In this document: positions 49,069-59,086 of the stretch, in pieces | Layout: each line of letters begins with the position of its first letter | Position numbering within the stretch: position 1 is the first letter of the stretch | Sequence record: MW749003.1 | Reading direction: 5' to 3' (one strand) | Length of the DNA stretch: 64,000 nucleotides | The notes under the pieces: model-generated | Seen by the model: the letters and a program-made list of their open reading frames with translations, nothing else | What the model was told of the DNA's origin: nothing | The model's database searches: none | Made by a program: the position numbers and the translations under genes

Positions 49069-49437
49069 ATGAAAACAACAATTACTGCTGAGGAATTAGT
49101 AGAAGCATATAAAAAGACTGGTATTAAACCCATTAATAAAGTATATGTAAATCCAGTAATAAATTGTGGTTGTGCATTATCAGTTCTATCTATCAGTAAT
49201 AGTGACGGTAAATTATCATTAAGTAAAATTAATGCTATTAGAGATGTTGAAGAATTAGAAGATATTTTTAGAAATAAAATTGGTCTTGATCCAAACTATA
49301 ATATCGAAGCTTTTATGGATGGATTTGATTGCATTATGAGTGGACAAATGGGTACTAGGGAATGGGATGAAGGATATAAATGTGCAAATGTTATTAAAGA
49401 AGAATTTTTAATTAATGATCTAAGTCGGGGGGTTTAG
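49069..49437 (+). CDS. Hypothetical protein
   Basis: 122-aa ORF with RBS. Confidence 0.7.
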   Translation: MKTTITAEELVEAYKKTGIKPINKVYVNPVINCGCALSVLSISNSDGKLSLSKINAIRDVEELEDIFRNKIGLDPNYNIEAFMDGFDCIMSGQMGTREWDEGYKCANVIKEEFLINDLSRGV

Positions 49438-49439
49438 TA

Positions 49440-49946
49440 ATGGAGAAAGAATCTATAAAAGATTTATTAAGATTAAGAGTTAGTAAATTTTCATTAGAAA
49501 ATGAATTTAAAAAAATAAATGAAGATGATATTGAGAATATTACTAATGAAATCATTAATAATGTTGATAGAACAATATTGACTAAACATGATTTTGATCA
49601 TTATTTAAGAAATAATGTAAATCCTCATATTATTGATGATATTATACTAAATGCTACTAAAGAATATTTAAATGGATACACAGTATCAGATCCTAAAGAA
49701 TATATATTTTTGTTAGTAATTTCTAATATGATTAAATATCATAGAGATTTTGACACATCTGGAATTGGATATTCTGAAGAACAGATTGAGAAGAACGAAA
49801 ATGAAGCTAGTTTATCTTCTTCTTTATCTATCATTGACATTAAAAAAATTTTTGGTGGAAAAGAAGATATTGAGAAACATATTACATTTTTAATGAGAAC
49901 TTATGGTGTAAGCAGAAATAGAATTAAGTACTTTTCTATTAACTAA
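49440..49946 (+). CDS. Hypothetical protein
   Basis: 168-aa ORF coupled to the upstream gene. Confidence 0.7.
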   Translation: MEKESIKDLLRLRVSKFSLENEFKKINEDDIENITNEIINNVDRTILTKHDFDHYLRNNVNPHIIDDIILNATKEYLNGYTVSDPKEYIFLLVISNMIKYHRDFDTSGIGYSEEQIEKNENEASLSSSLSIIDIKKIFGGKEDIEKHITFLMRTYGVSRNRIKYFSIN

Positions 49947-49983
49947 AAAGATCTTAGAGGATTAAAAGTAATTGGGGAATAAT

Positions 49984-50030
49984 AAAATAAAGGATAGAGA
50001 TAATTTAATCTCTATCCTTTATTTTTTTTT
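49984..50030. terminator. Bidirectional terminator
   Basis: AAGGATAGAGAT/ATCTCTATCCTT with A/T tails between convergent genes. Confidence 0.75.
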
Positions 50031-51759
50031 TTGTATACTTAAAAACTAAATTTCCACAATCCCAAATTCTATCATAACCAGCTTCTCTCATAATTTGAAT
50101 TTCTGTTTTATCATTACTATAAATTTCTGGAAATAATTCTTTTAATCTTTGTTTTCTATAGTTGTATCTATGTGAAAGACTCAATTTATTTTTATTAAAA
50201 TACCAATAATTTGGCTGAGAATTATGCATAAAGTGAAAGTTATTTTTATAATATACATTTCCTTCTGACCATCTTAAATCAGCATATGTTATGATGTTAT
50301 TCCAATCATAATTCTTTTTAAAATAACTGAATAATTTTCCAAAACTACCTATTACATTATAGTCTCTTTCTGTAGCAAATCTACTTAATTCATAGTCATA
50401 TTTATTCCCTTTTTGCCCTAAGCTAACTCTAGGTTTACAGAATGTCATTACTGCTACTAACTCATCACCCTCATTCCTTGGATACCATAGTCCCAGTTTA
50501 ATAGTAGAGTTATCAGATCCCTGAATATGATTTTTATCTAAAAATTCTCTTTTCACATTATTCTGAATTTCTTTTATATAACATTTTCTAGCATATATTT
50601 TTTCTCCATTATTTAAACCTAAAATATGTTTTATCTTTCCCTTTATAAGTTCTTTATTATCAATCCACTCATTCTCAAATAAATGAATTAATCTTATACC
50701 TTTTTCATTACATTTTTTCAATTTATTTAGATGGTAGTTTCTACCTTTTCCTTGAGATTCACCATGCCAATATAAACCATTATATTCAATTGCTATTTTC
50801 TTTGAAGGTATATAAATATCCAGTTCTAAACCTTCAAGTATTTTTCTGTCTGATAGAATTACATTAGTGCTATTGGGGAGAATTTGTTTAATATAATCAT
50901 ATAATTCAATCTCATCTTTTGAATTATGTTTCTTTAGTTGACATCTAGGACAATCTCTTTTAACTTTTTTACCTCTTGAATTACCATGTAAAATATCGAC
51001 CGGTCTAACCTTCCAAGAATAGCCACATGAATGCTCAATAACTATTGGAGTTTTATTATTAATATATCTACTCTTAATTGTATAATCATTACTATTAAAT
51101 ATTCTATAAAAATCTTCTTTAAAACCATTAGATCCTTTATTTTTTGGATTTTTATTACATATATTACACCTTTTTCTTTTTAGGAAATTAGTTGGTGTAA
51201 TAAAGAAATTATGAGAATCACTAGTATTGTGTCTCATCTCAATTTTATCTTGAGAGCTAATATATTCTCCTAATACAGTATATTCATCTCCTACTAAATC
51301 ATACACTTCTTTAATAAACATTTCAGTAGTCTTTGTCTTTTTCCTTTTTATTAGTTTCTTAGTACAATCAGGACATCTTGAACCCTTACTGAGAAAGTCA
51401 TTAGGTCTTTTTTTAAATTCCTTATTACAGATGTTATGTCTAAGTAATACTAGTTCAGAACTATTAATATATTCTCCTAATACAGTATATTCATCCCCTA
51501 CTAATTCATACACTTCTTTAATAAACATTTCAGTAGTCTTATTTTTTCTTTTAGATATTCTTTCTGATTTATGTAAAGGACATCTATTACCTGCATTTAA
51601 AAAGCCATTTGGTGTGACATAGTATTCATGACTGCATTTTTCATGTTTCATTTTTATTTTATTATTAGTTCCAGTATATTCTCCTAATACAGTATATTCA
51701 TCCCCTACTAATTCATACACTTCTTTAATAAACATTTCAGTAGTCTTCTTTTTAGGCAA
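50005..51759 (-). CDS. Free-standing homing-endonuclease-like protein: Zn-finger array + Vsr/EDxHD-like nuclease + Mom-like GNAT (likely TTG start 51759)
   Basis: Paralog of 23270-24754 (ELDIYIPSKKIAIEYNGLYWH; ELSRFAT...ITYADLRWSEGNVY). It lies outside any intron, after the beta gene stop. The start was chosen by the AAAGGA RBS and similarity to MPRKKT. Confidence 0.8.
   Translation of the reverse strand: MPKKKTTEMFIKEVYELVGDEYTVLGEYTGTNNKIKMKHEKCSHEYYVTPNGFLNAGNRCPLHKSERISKRKNKTTEMFIKEVYELVGDEYTVLGEYINSSELVLLRHNICNKEFKKRPNDFLSKGSRCPDCTKKLIKRKKTKTTEMFIKEVYDLVGDEYTVLGEYISSQDKIEMRHNTSDSHNFFITPTNFLKRKRCNICNKNPKNKGSNGFKEDFYRIFNSNDYTIKSRYINNKTPIVIEHSCGYSWKVRPVDILHGNSRGKKVKRDCPRCQLKKHNSKDEIELYDYIKQILPNSTNVILSDRKILEGLELDIYIPSKKIAIEYNGLYWHGESQGKGRNYHLNKLKKCNEKGIRLIHLFENEWIDNKELIKGKIKHILGLNNGEKIYARKCYIKEIQNNVKREFLDKNHIQGSDNSTIKLGLWYPRNEGDELVAVMTFCKPRVSLGQKGNKYDYELSRFATERDYNVIGSFGKLFSYFKKNYDWNNIITYADLRWSEGNVYYKNNFHFMHNSQPNYWYFNKNKLSLSHRYNYRKQRLKELFPEIYSNDKTEIQIMREAGYDRIWDCGNLVFKYTKKKIKDRD
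51261..51747. repeat. Three 73-bp near-identical direct repeats, 207-bp period (51261, 51468, 51675)
   Basis: Each encodes KTTEMFIKEVY(E/D)LVGDEYTVLGEY. Two copies are identical; the third differs at 2 positions. Confidence 0.9.
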
Positions 51760-51780
51760 AACAATCATCCTTTTATATAA

Positions 51781-51820
51781 ATTGGATTTCAACTATTATT
51801 TTGTTTAGTTGAAATCCAAT
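51781..51820 (-). promoter_or_regulatory. Late promoter AACA-N6-TA forming the loop of a perfect 15-bp inverted repeat
   Basis: Arms ATTGGATTTCAACTA and TAGTTGAAATCCAAT; the loop 51796-51805 is AACAAAATAA on the minus strand. Confidence 0.65.
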
Positions 51821-51838
51821 TTGTTTATCAATAAAAAA

Positions 51839-54800
51839 TTATTCTGAATATATTTTACCAATTTCTCGTTTAAGATGTACTAATGCTTTGTTTAAATATA
51901 GAGCATTATAAATATCAACGGTCATGCGTGAAACAATACTCAATGGACTCATAATAGCTTCAATATTCTCATCTGGATCATTCTCACTAAAAGGCTCTTG
52001 ATCTTTAGGAATAACATCAGATACAATTGTTTTAAGTGCTGTATAATACGTAATCTTATCTCCAATACCAAGTTCATCATCATACTCAATATAAATCTCA
52101 ATGAGTAGTCCGTCTACTTCAGTACCTTTAATTTTCTCACCTGATTGCTTTTGAATAGGTTTAAGATTAACAGAAGTCAGATCATTAGTAACAGACTTAA
52201 TCTTATCTTCTTTCTTCTTACTATCTTTAATATAGTTCTTCAGAATCTTTTGTACTGAAGGAGAAAACTCACTGATATCTTTATTGTAGTACATTACAAC
52301 ATCTACAATCTTACCAGTATATTTAGAACTTACTTTGTTCTTAGATAACTCATTAATAGTCTCATTAAAGTCATCTCCTAGTTTATCTAAGAGTTGGTTG
52401 AGTGATTTATCTTCAAAGGAGTTTTCAAAGATAATCAATGGATCACCAGTCTTAACCATATCGCCTTTCTTAACAATAAAGTCAATGTTTGAGTTAACTC
52501 CAAGAGCAAGTTCTTTCTTCATAGTAATTTTAGTAGATAGGTCTTGAGATAAGCTTTCTGTAATAATACTACTATCTTCATAAGTGTAATCTGCGCTTGC
52601 TAGTGCTACTTTACAAAGCTTCCCTGTAGTATACGTGATATCATCTTTCTTATCGCCAAGGAAGTAACTTGGATTCTTCGCTAGGATATCATCTTTTTTG
52701 AATTTCTCTCCTACTTTGATAATGAGTTCTTTACGATTAGCAATGTAAACAATTATCTTCCACCAAATTCGCTAGTTTTGGTGCGCCCTCTAACGGACTG
52801 CTCCATGTTACCATGAAGTTGAGACTATATCTTCAAAGTTCCCTGTTTCCCAGTATACATAAATAAAAGTATACCAGATTTCATCTCAGAAACCTGCCAC
52901 CAATCGCTTGTGGGGTACTCTACTCATCTTTATTAATAAGATTTTCGATAGTCGTTGAACGTTCTCTATTAGTTTAATAGAGCTTCGCTTCTGATTATCC
53001 TTTTAATAAGGACTTCCCAGAAATTAAAGGAATTTAACGTGAGCCTTTAAACCCACCATTACTATTCTTACTCATATGCTCGGAGAGATCAATGACGTCT
53101 TTCTTACCATCATTATAACGAACGACAGCTAGCTCATGTTCTTCATCTATGGACTCTAGAACTCCATCTTTTTTTGCTCTAAACACAAAGTCGTCACTTA
53201 GAATATAAGCAACAGTCTTCTCTACACCACTACCAAATAGAGGTTTAGATTGCTTTGTGGTAGGAATGATCGTTAACTTCCATTAGATTCGCTACGTCTA
53301 ATGCGTTCTCTTATGAACTGCTCTATATTTCTATAGAGACGAGACTATATCACTATCCTTAATAATTAAGGATAACTCCCATTTCCATTTAAGGGATTCT
53401 CACCCACTCCAAACACTTGAGCCGTACTCCTATTGCGGAATTTCACCGCTACTCACAATCCTAAGATTGCTTTCGGATAGTCGTTGAACTTTATTCAAAA
53501 GTTTTCTTTAAGTATTCTTCTAGATTACTTAACTGTGTATAATTGAATCTGAATAGTTTATAACCCTTTCTTTTACAATACTCATTTTTTAGATTATCAC
53601 GGAATTGTATATCCTCTAAGCCTTCTTCTCCACCAAAAAAATCAGATGGCTTAAAATGTTGCTTACCATCATATTCAACTAATATTTTAGTTCCGTCCTC
53701 ATCTTCAAAATAGAAATCAAATCGTAATCTTCTTCCTGTTTTTGGATTAACTAAGTCTGAAAATGATTTTTCAATTTCAAAGTAGATATTATTCTGGTTG
53801 AAATAATTAGTAATAATTTGAATCCCACTAGAATTTCTTCCAATTCCATTACTACAATGAGGACATCTGTACCCTAAAATAAAGTTATTTGGCTTTATCT
53901 TAAAAGTTTTTTCACATTTTCCATGATATAATGTAACATGTTTGTGAGCATGGGTATATTCATTTGTTAGAGAATATTCATTACCAACCAATTCATAAAG
54001 TTTTTCTTTAAATGTCTCTGTAGTTCTTTTTTTAGTTTTAGCACAATTTGGACAACGATAACCAGAAAGAAAATTTACAGGTAATACAGAATATTCATTA
54101 CCGCATTTGTTATGTCTCATCTTAACGTGAGTCATATTGTTTATATATTCAGAAGTAGGTTTATATTCATTACCGACCAATTCTTCAACTTTTTTTCTAA
54201 AATCAGAATCGGTTCTTTTTTTATTTTTAGCACAATTTGGACAACGATCTCCTCGTCTGATAAACTGATATGGTTGAACCTTATATTCATTACCACATTT
54301 ATTATGTCTAAATAAAATTTTAGTATGCTGTGCTAAAAATCTTCCTAATACCACATATTCATCACCAGTTAATTCTTTTACTTTCTTTACAACTTCCATA
54401 TGTTTTTTATTCAATAAACAAATTGGACATTTAGTTACTTTATTTTTCTTAAAGAAACTATCTGGTCTCATTTCAAATGTACTATCGCATACTTTATGAT
54501 AAAATATAGCATTTATAGTTGATGATATATATTCTCTAACTTCAAATTCATTATTATATACATCTTTTAATCTTCTAGAATAAACTTTACTTAACATATT
54601 ACACCCTCCGACAAACAGTTGTAATAATATGTTAAATTATTTAAAAACTATTTTGAATATTAGCTGCTGATTCTCCAATTCTATTAGTTTTCAAACCTTC
54701 ACGCTTATTATTTCTAATTACGTTGTGGTCTAATAGACTCTAAGGAATTTCCAGCAATTAGAGAGTTTATCTAATAGTATTACTACTATTAGGCACGAAT

Positions 54801-57800
54801 CATGCTTTTGTTGGGTACTCTGCATGCCTACTCGTGGAGGATCAGCATGCCTTACTGTAAAGGAGTTCAATAATTCTGCTGGACCATAGATATTTGTCGT
54901 GTTATTTTTTGTATTAGGATTGGTGTCTAAGAATCCTCGTGTGTTTTTAAATGCTGGATCAAAAGTTAACTGTCTAACCCATTATCTTCATATAGGTTCG
55001 CTACACCTATACCGTTCTCTTATGAACTGCTCCATGTTACCATGAAGATGAGACTATATCTTTATCTAGTCAAAAAAAAAGAAAGGAGATGACTAGATAT
55101 CTCCCATTTCCATTTAAGGGATTCTCACCCACTCCAATCGCTTGAGCCGTACTCCTATTGTGTGTTAACCACTAAAGGATAGTCGTTGAACGTTACTCTC
55201 GTTATAATTAAAAATAATTTATAAAATTATTATTTTATTTTTTCCATAATAGTAGCTCTCCTTTTTAACTTACTACTATTATAATATATTTAACGAGAGT
55301 CTTCGATACGGATTGTCCTATTATTAGGAGTTTCCCGTAGTTAGAGAGATTTTATCATTATATATCACTATATAAGGGGGCAGTTTAATTCACCCCAACT
55401 TTCATTATCTTCCACTAGATTCGCTACATCTAATGCGTTCTCTTATGAACTGCTCTATGTTTCCATAGAGATGAGACTATATCATCATCCTATTAGGATG
55501 CCTCCCATTTCCAACTCCAATCGCTTGAGTTGTACTCTACTCCCTTCCACTAACTAGCGTTATCACAACGATTTGTTAGAGTGGTTTCGATAGTCGTTGA
55601 ACCTTACTCTAATGAGTCTTGGATGCTGATTGTCCTTAAAGGATTTTCCAGCAGTTAAAGAGGTTTACTTATAATATTTCTATTATAAGGGACTATTATA
55701 AATCTTGTCTGGAAATTCAAGAATTATAATAATTCAATCCGAGTCGGGCGTTGACATTGCCATGATTCCACGCATACTAGGGTCATAAGCTCGAATATCA
55801 GTTGTATAAGCATCCGTTTTCCTTCATATAGGTTCGCTACACCTATACCGTTCCTTAGAACTGCTCTAAGTTTCCTTAGAGACGAGACTATATCATCACT
55901 TAAAAAGTGCCTCCCATTTCCAGCCTCAATTGCTTAGGCTGTACTCTACTCCCTTCCTACTAACTAGCGTTATCACAACGATCTGTTAAAGTGGTTTCGA
56001 TAGTCGTTGAACCTTTACCTTATTACAAATAATTTGTAACTTAGGTACTTGGTTGCTTATGATTACCCAATCCTTTAAATTTTTACCATACCTGAATTGT
56101 TATATTCAGCCATCTATTATGTTTCCATATAGATTTGGTATTAAAGGCTCTAAGGGTTTTCCAGCAGTTAAAGAGGTTTTAATTGGACTAAAACACTTTA
56201 ATCCAAGTTCCTTCCTGAAAGCCCCTTGTAAGTAGCCGCACCACCCTTTTCAATTTCCAAAGAAGGGTTAAGGACACTATATTCATCGACAGTAGGTGAA
56301 TTCATTAATGTCTTTAATAGAATATCCTGTGGAACAGACATCTTAATAGGATTACCAGCTTTCAGTGTATCCTTATACGTTTTAAATGAATCTGCCAAGA
56401 TTTTATATAGATAAGCATTTACTTGCTCAGTACCACGGATTCGATATGAATTCATATCATTCAGTGGACTATAGCTCATATCTTCCAATAAGGTATTCGC
56501 ATACAACAATATGTCATAGATATTCTCAGGTAATTCTAACTGTTTCAGCACATCTAATGTGATAGGATCAACCATTAGAGATAGAGTATTGTGAAGACCT
56601 TTACCCATATTTCTACTACCGAACATCTCATAGAAAGTCTCAATATAAGGATCTTTAGAGTTCATTTCTTCAAATGCATACTCTTCAGTAGCCATAGTAC
56701 TTAGACCACTTAATAATAGGGAATTTCTCAATAAAGAATTATTATAATATAGGTATCCATCTTTAAAACGGATCTTATCATAGTCATCATCAATTGTAAT
56801 TCTCTTATTTTTAGTATCAAAGCTATATTCAATATTATATCTTTCTAATAAATCTTCTAATCCTAATTCATATCCAAGAAGAACCACTAGAGGGATCATT
56901 CTATTATTAATACGAACTCGGTTATATGCTAGAGACTTAGAATTACTTAAAGAAGATAATTTTTTATAAGCTTCCTCACTAAGTGAAGTGACAACAACTT
57001 TAATAATGAGTTCTGAAAGACTCATATCAGTATTTTCTTGTTTCTTATTATTAATCAGATAAACTCTTTTACTTGAACGATTAAGAGCAATAACGTTTTC
57101 ATTATCTTTTGTATGACCGATTGGTAAGAATTGTTTATCATCAATATTAATCTTAGCAAGCTTAGCCATATTATCAAGATCACTTTTCAATAAATCTTCT
57201 ACTTCTTTTTGACTGAACATAAGTTTATATTCATCATTCTCTAAGCTTAGAAGGAAAGAAGAAATCTCATTATATTCAAGAGTTGTTTCATAACCCTCAT
57301 TAATTGTTAGAGCGTTACCTAGGCGATAATTAAACTTCTTACCTGATACCTTAAATTCATTTAAATCCATACCAAAGAGTTTCTTAAGTTTCTCAGTTTT
57401 ATGAGATAATTTAGAACCAAAGCGCATGACAAAAAACTTATTGTAGTTAGTAGTAATCTGAACTTCATCAGGTTTTGTTTTTACAATGGGCAAAGATAGA
57501 ATTTGCTTAAGAATTAATTTTTTACCACCATTAATATTCATAAACCTACCATCTCTGATAATAGGATAATCAAATTTAACAGTATGCTTTACATTACGAT
57601 CATCTTGGAAAGTAACAGTATAAGTTAATTTTTTTGATAAATCAGTAGATGTGTCTTCTGTTTTAATATCACTTACAAATAATTTAACATCGCTATCTCC
57701 ATTAAATGATGAAAGAACTGCAACTAAGTCTTTTTTCATCTGTTTTTCAAAGTAGCTCATATCAAAATCTTTGAGATTTGAATATCTAGTTTCTTCTTGA

Positions 57801-58996
57801 ATAACATTTGTATTGGTAATTGGCTTTCGGTCAATACTTGTTGATTTAAAGTCATCAATAATATCTTGAATATTAATATCATCAAGAGTAACTTGTTTTT
57901 GTTTTTCTTTTAGACGTTCAAGAGTCTTTCTCTGTTTAATTTCATCTCCACCAGTAGACTGAAGCTCTTTAAGAGTTGAAATATCGGCTTTTAATTCTTT
58001 ACTGTTATTTAAAATATCAATGATTTCATCTTCACTTTTATCAAGAATATCTTCATCACTTGAATCAATAGCTTTTTCAATATCATCACCAATCTTATCA
58101 GTAACTTCAATTGCACTACTAGATAGTTTTGTATTTCCATCGATTTGGAAATTACTTAATAATTTTTCTTTAACTCTTTCAGATTTTTCTTTTACTAATG
58201 CATCTCTCTTGTTTTCTGTTTCTTGAGTTGCCTCTTCTTTACCTAAAGGTTTTTCATCATTATTAGTCCTCTGATGGTTTGCTGTTTTAATGAGAACATT
58301 TAATGCATTAAGGAATCTATTTGCAAGAAGATTAGAAAGTTCATCATTAATATTGAATTTAATAAATGTATTATTAACTGTAGTATAAAAAATAAAGTCT
58401 ACATTCTTAAGCTCTTTCTTCTGTTCCTCTGTTAACAACTTTCTTTTAATTGCCATATAGATATAAGCAAAAGGTGTTCTTGCATTATTTAAGTCAAAGA
58501 ATGATGGATCAAGAACATTGTCAGGAACAGGAATTGCTACTGCTTTATTCTCATATGATGCGCCCTCTTTAATTTTAGATATAAGAAAATCAAAGTACAT
58601 TTCAACTCGTTTTCTTCCACGAACTTTAATTTCTACTTCATTCTCAAGATGCTCGTTTGTAATATCATAGATCAAGTTAAGATCATTATAATTAGTTAAG
58701 GCACGTTTAGTATAAATAATACTAGAACATTTTGCTTTTACCTCATCATAATATTTCTTTTGATCTACAATAATTCTTTTATTCTTCTGAATGGTATTGA
58801 ATGCTCTTGGAATATATACTCCTCTAAAAAAAGAAGGACTGAATATATTAGAATTAATAAAATCAAATATCTCACTTTGATTATTTCCTGAAAAGAAAAT
58901 CAAATTTGAATTACGGTCATTTTTCCTTTTTTTAATGGATGAAAGTTTTATATTAGAGTACACTCTCAATTCCTTGAGATTATCAAGATAAAACAA
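51839..58996 (-). CDS. Multisubunit RNAP beta subunit, probably virion RNAP, spliced: complement(join(51839..52749,53051..53270,54802..54979,55392..55402,55737..55814,56201..58996)), 1397 aa
   Basis: The spliced frame (4194 nt) reads GLSGRNLD|DAYTTDIRAYDPSMRG...STPDSD|KVGV|VRQLTFD...GMQSTQQKH|IIPT...SNGG|FYIANR...GDKITYYTALKTIVS...PLSIVSRM, giving beta conserved regions in order. Late promoter at 59022-59033. Confidence 0.92.
52750..53050 (-). mobile_element. Group I intron beta-I5 (301 nt, ORF-less)
   Basis: P1 GGGU/GCUC; P4 variant UUCUG/CAGAA as in terL-I1; R and S elements; terminal G at 52750. Confidence 0.9.
53271..54801 (-). mobile_element. Group I intron beta-I4 (1531 nt) with a homing endonuclease gene in the P6 region
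   Basis: P1 GCAU/GUGC. The ORF lies between the Q element (CAGCAG) and the R element (UUCAACGACUA). Terminal G at 53271. Confidence 0.92.
53491..54597 (-). CDS. Intron-encoded homing endonuclease: four Zn-finger repeats + Vsr/EDxHD-like nuclease, no GNAT domain
   Basis: HxxC...RCPxC repeats; LRFDFY...VEYDGKQH; own late promoter at 54622-54633. Confidence 0.82.
   Translation of the reverse strand: MLSKVYSRRLKDVYNNEFEVREYISSTINAIFYHKVCDSTFEMRPDSFFKKNKVTKCPICLLNKKHMEVVKKVKELTGDEYVVLGRFLAQHTKILFRHNKCGNEYKVQPYQFIRRGDRCPNCAKNKKRTDSDFRKKVEELVGNEYKPTSEYINNMTHVKMRHNKCGNEYSVLPVNFLSGYRCPNCAKTKKRTTETFKEKLYELVGNEYSLTNEYTHAHKHVTLYHGKCEKTFKIKPNNFILGYRCPHCSNGIGRNSSGIQIITNYFNQNNIYFEIEKSFSDLVNPKTGRRLRFDFYFEDEDGTKILVEYDGKQHFKPSDFFGGEEGLEDIQFRDNLKNEYCKRKGYKLFRFNYTQLSNLEEYLKKTFE
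54980..55391 (-). mobile_element. Group I intron beta-I3 (412 nt) with a vestigial endonuclease expression cassette
   Basis: P1 GGGGU/GCCCC; P4 variant UACGG/CCGUA; R and S elements; terminal G at 54980. Confidence 0.9.
55403..55736 (-). mobile_element. Group I intron beta-I2 (334 nt, ORF-less)
   Basis: P1 GGAU/GUCC; P4, R and S elements; terminal G at 55403. Confidence 0.9.
55815..56200 (-). mobile_element. Group I intron beta-I1 (386 nt, ORF-less)
   Basis: P1 UUGGAU/GUCCAA; P4, R and S elements; terminal G at 55815. Confidence 0.92.
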
Positions 58997-59086
58997 TTAT
59001 ACCCACTTCCTTTCTTAACAATATCTATTTGTTTACATAAAAAATTAAAAATAAAAAGATAAGGTTTTATCCTTATCTTTTATTAT

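Noticed and set aside
51839-52522. Separate 227-aa RNAP fragment gene
   Set aside because: The frame stays open upstream to 52749 and joins the previous exon on splicing.
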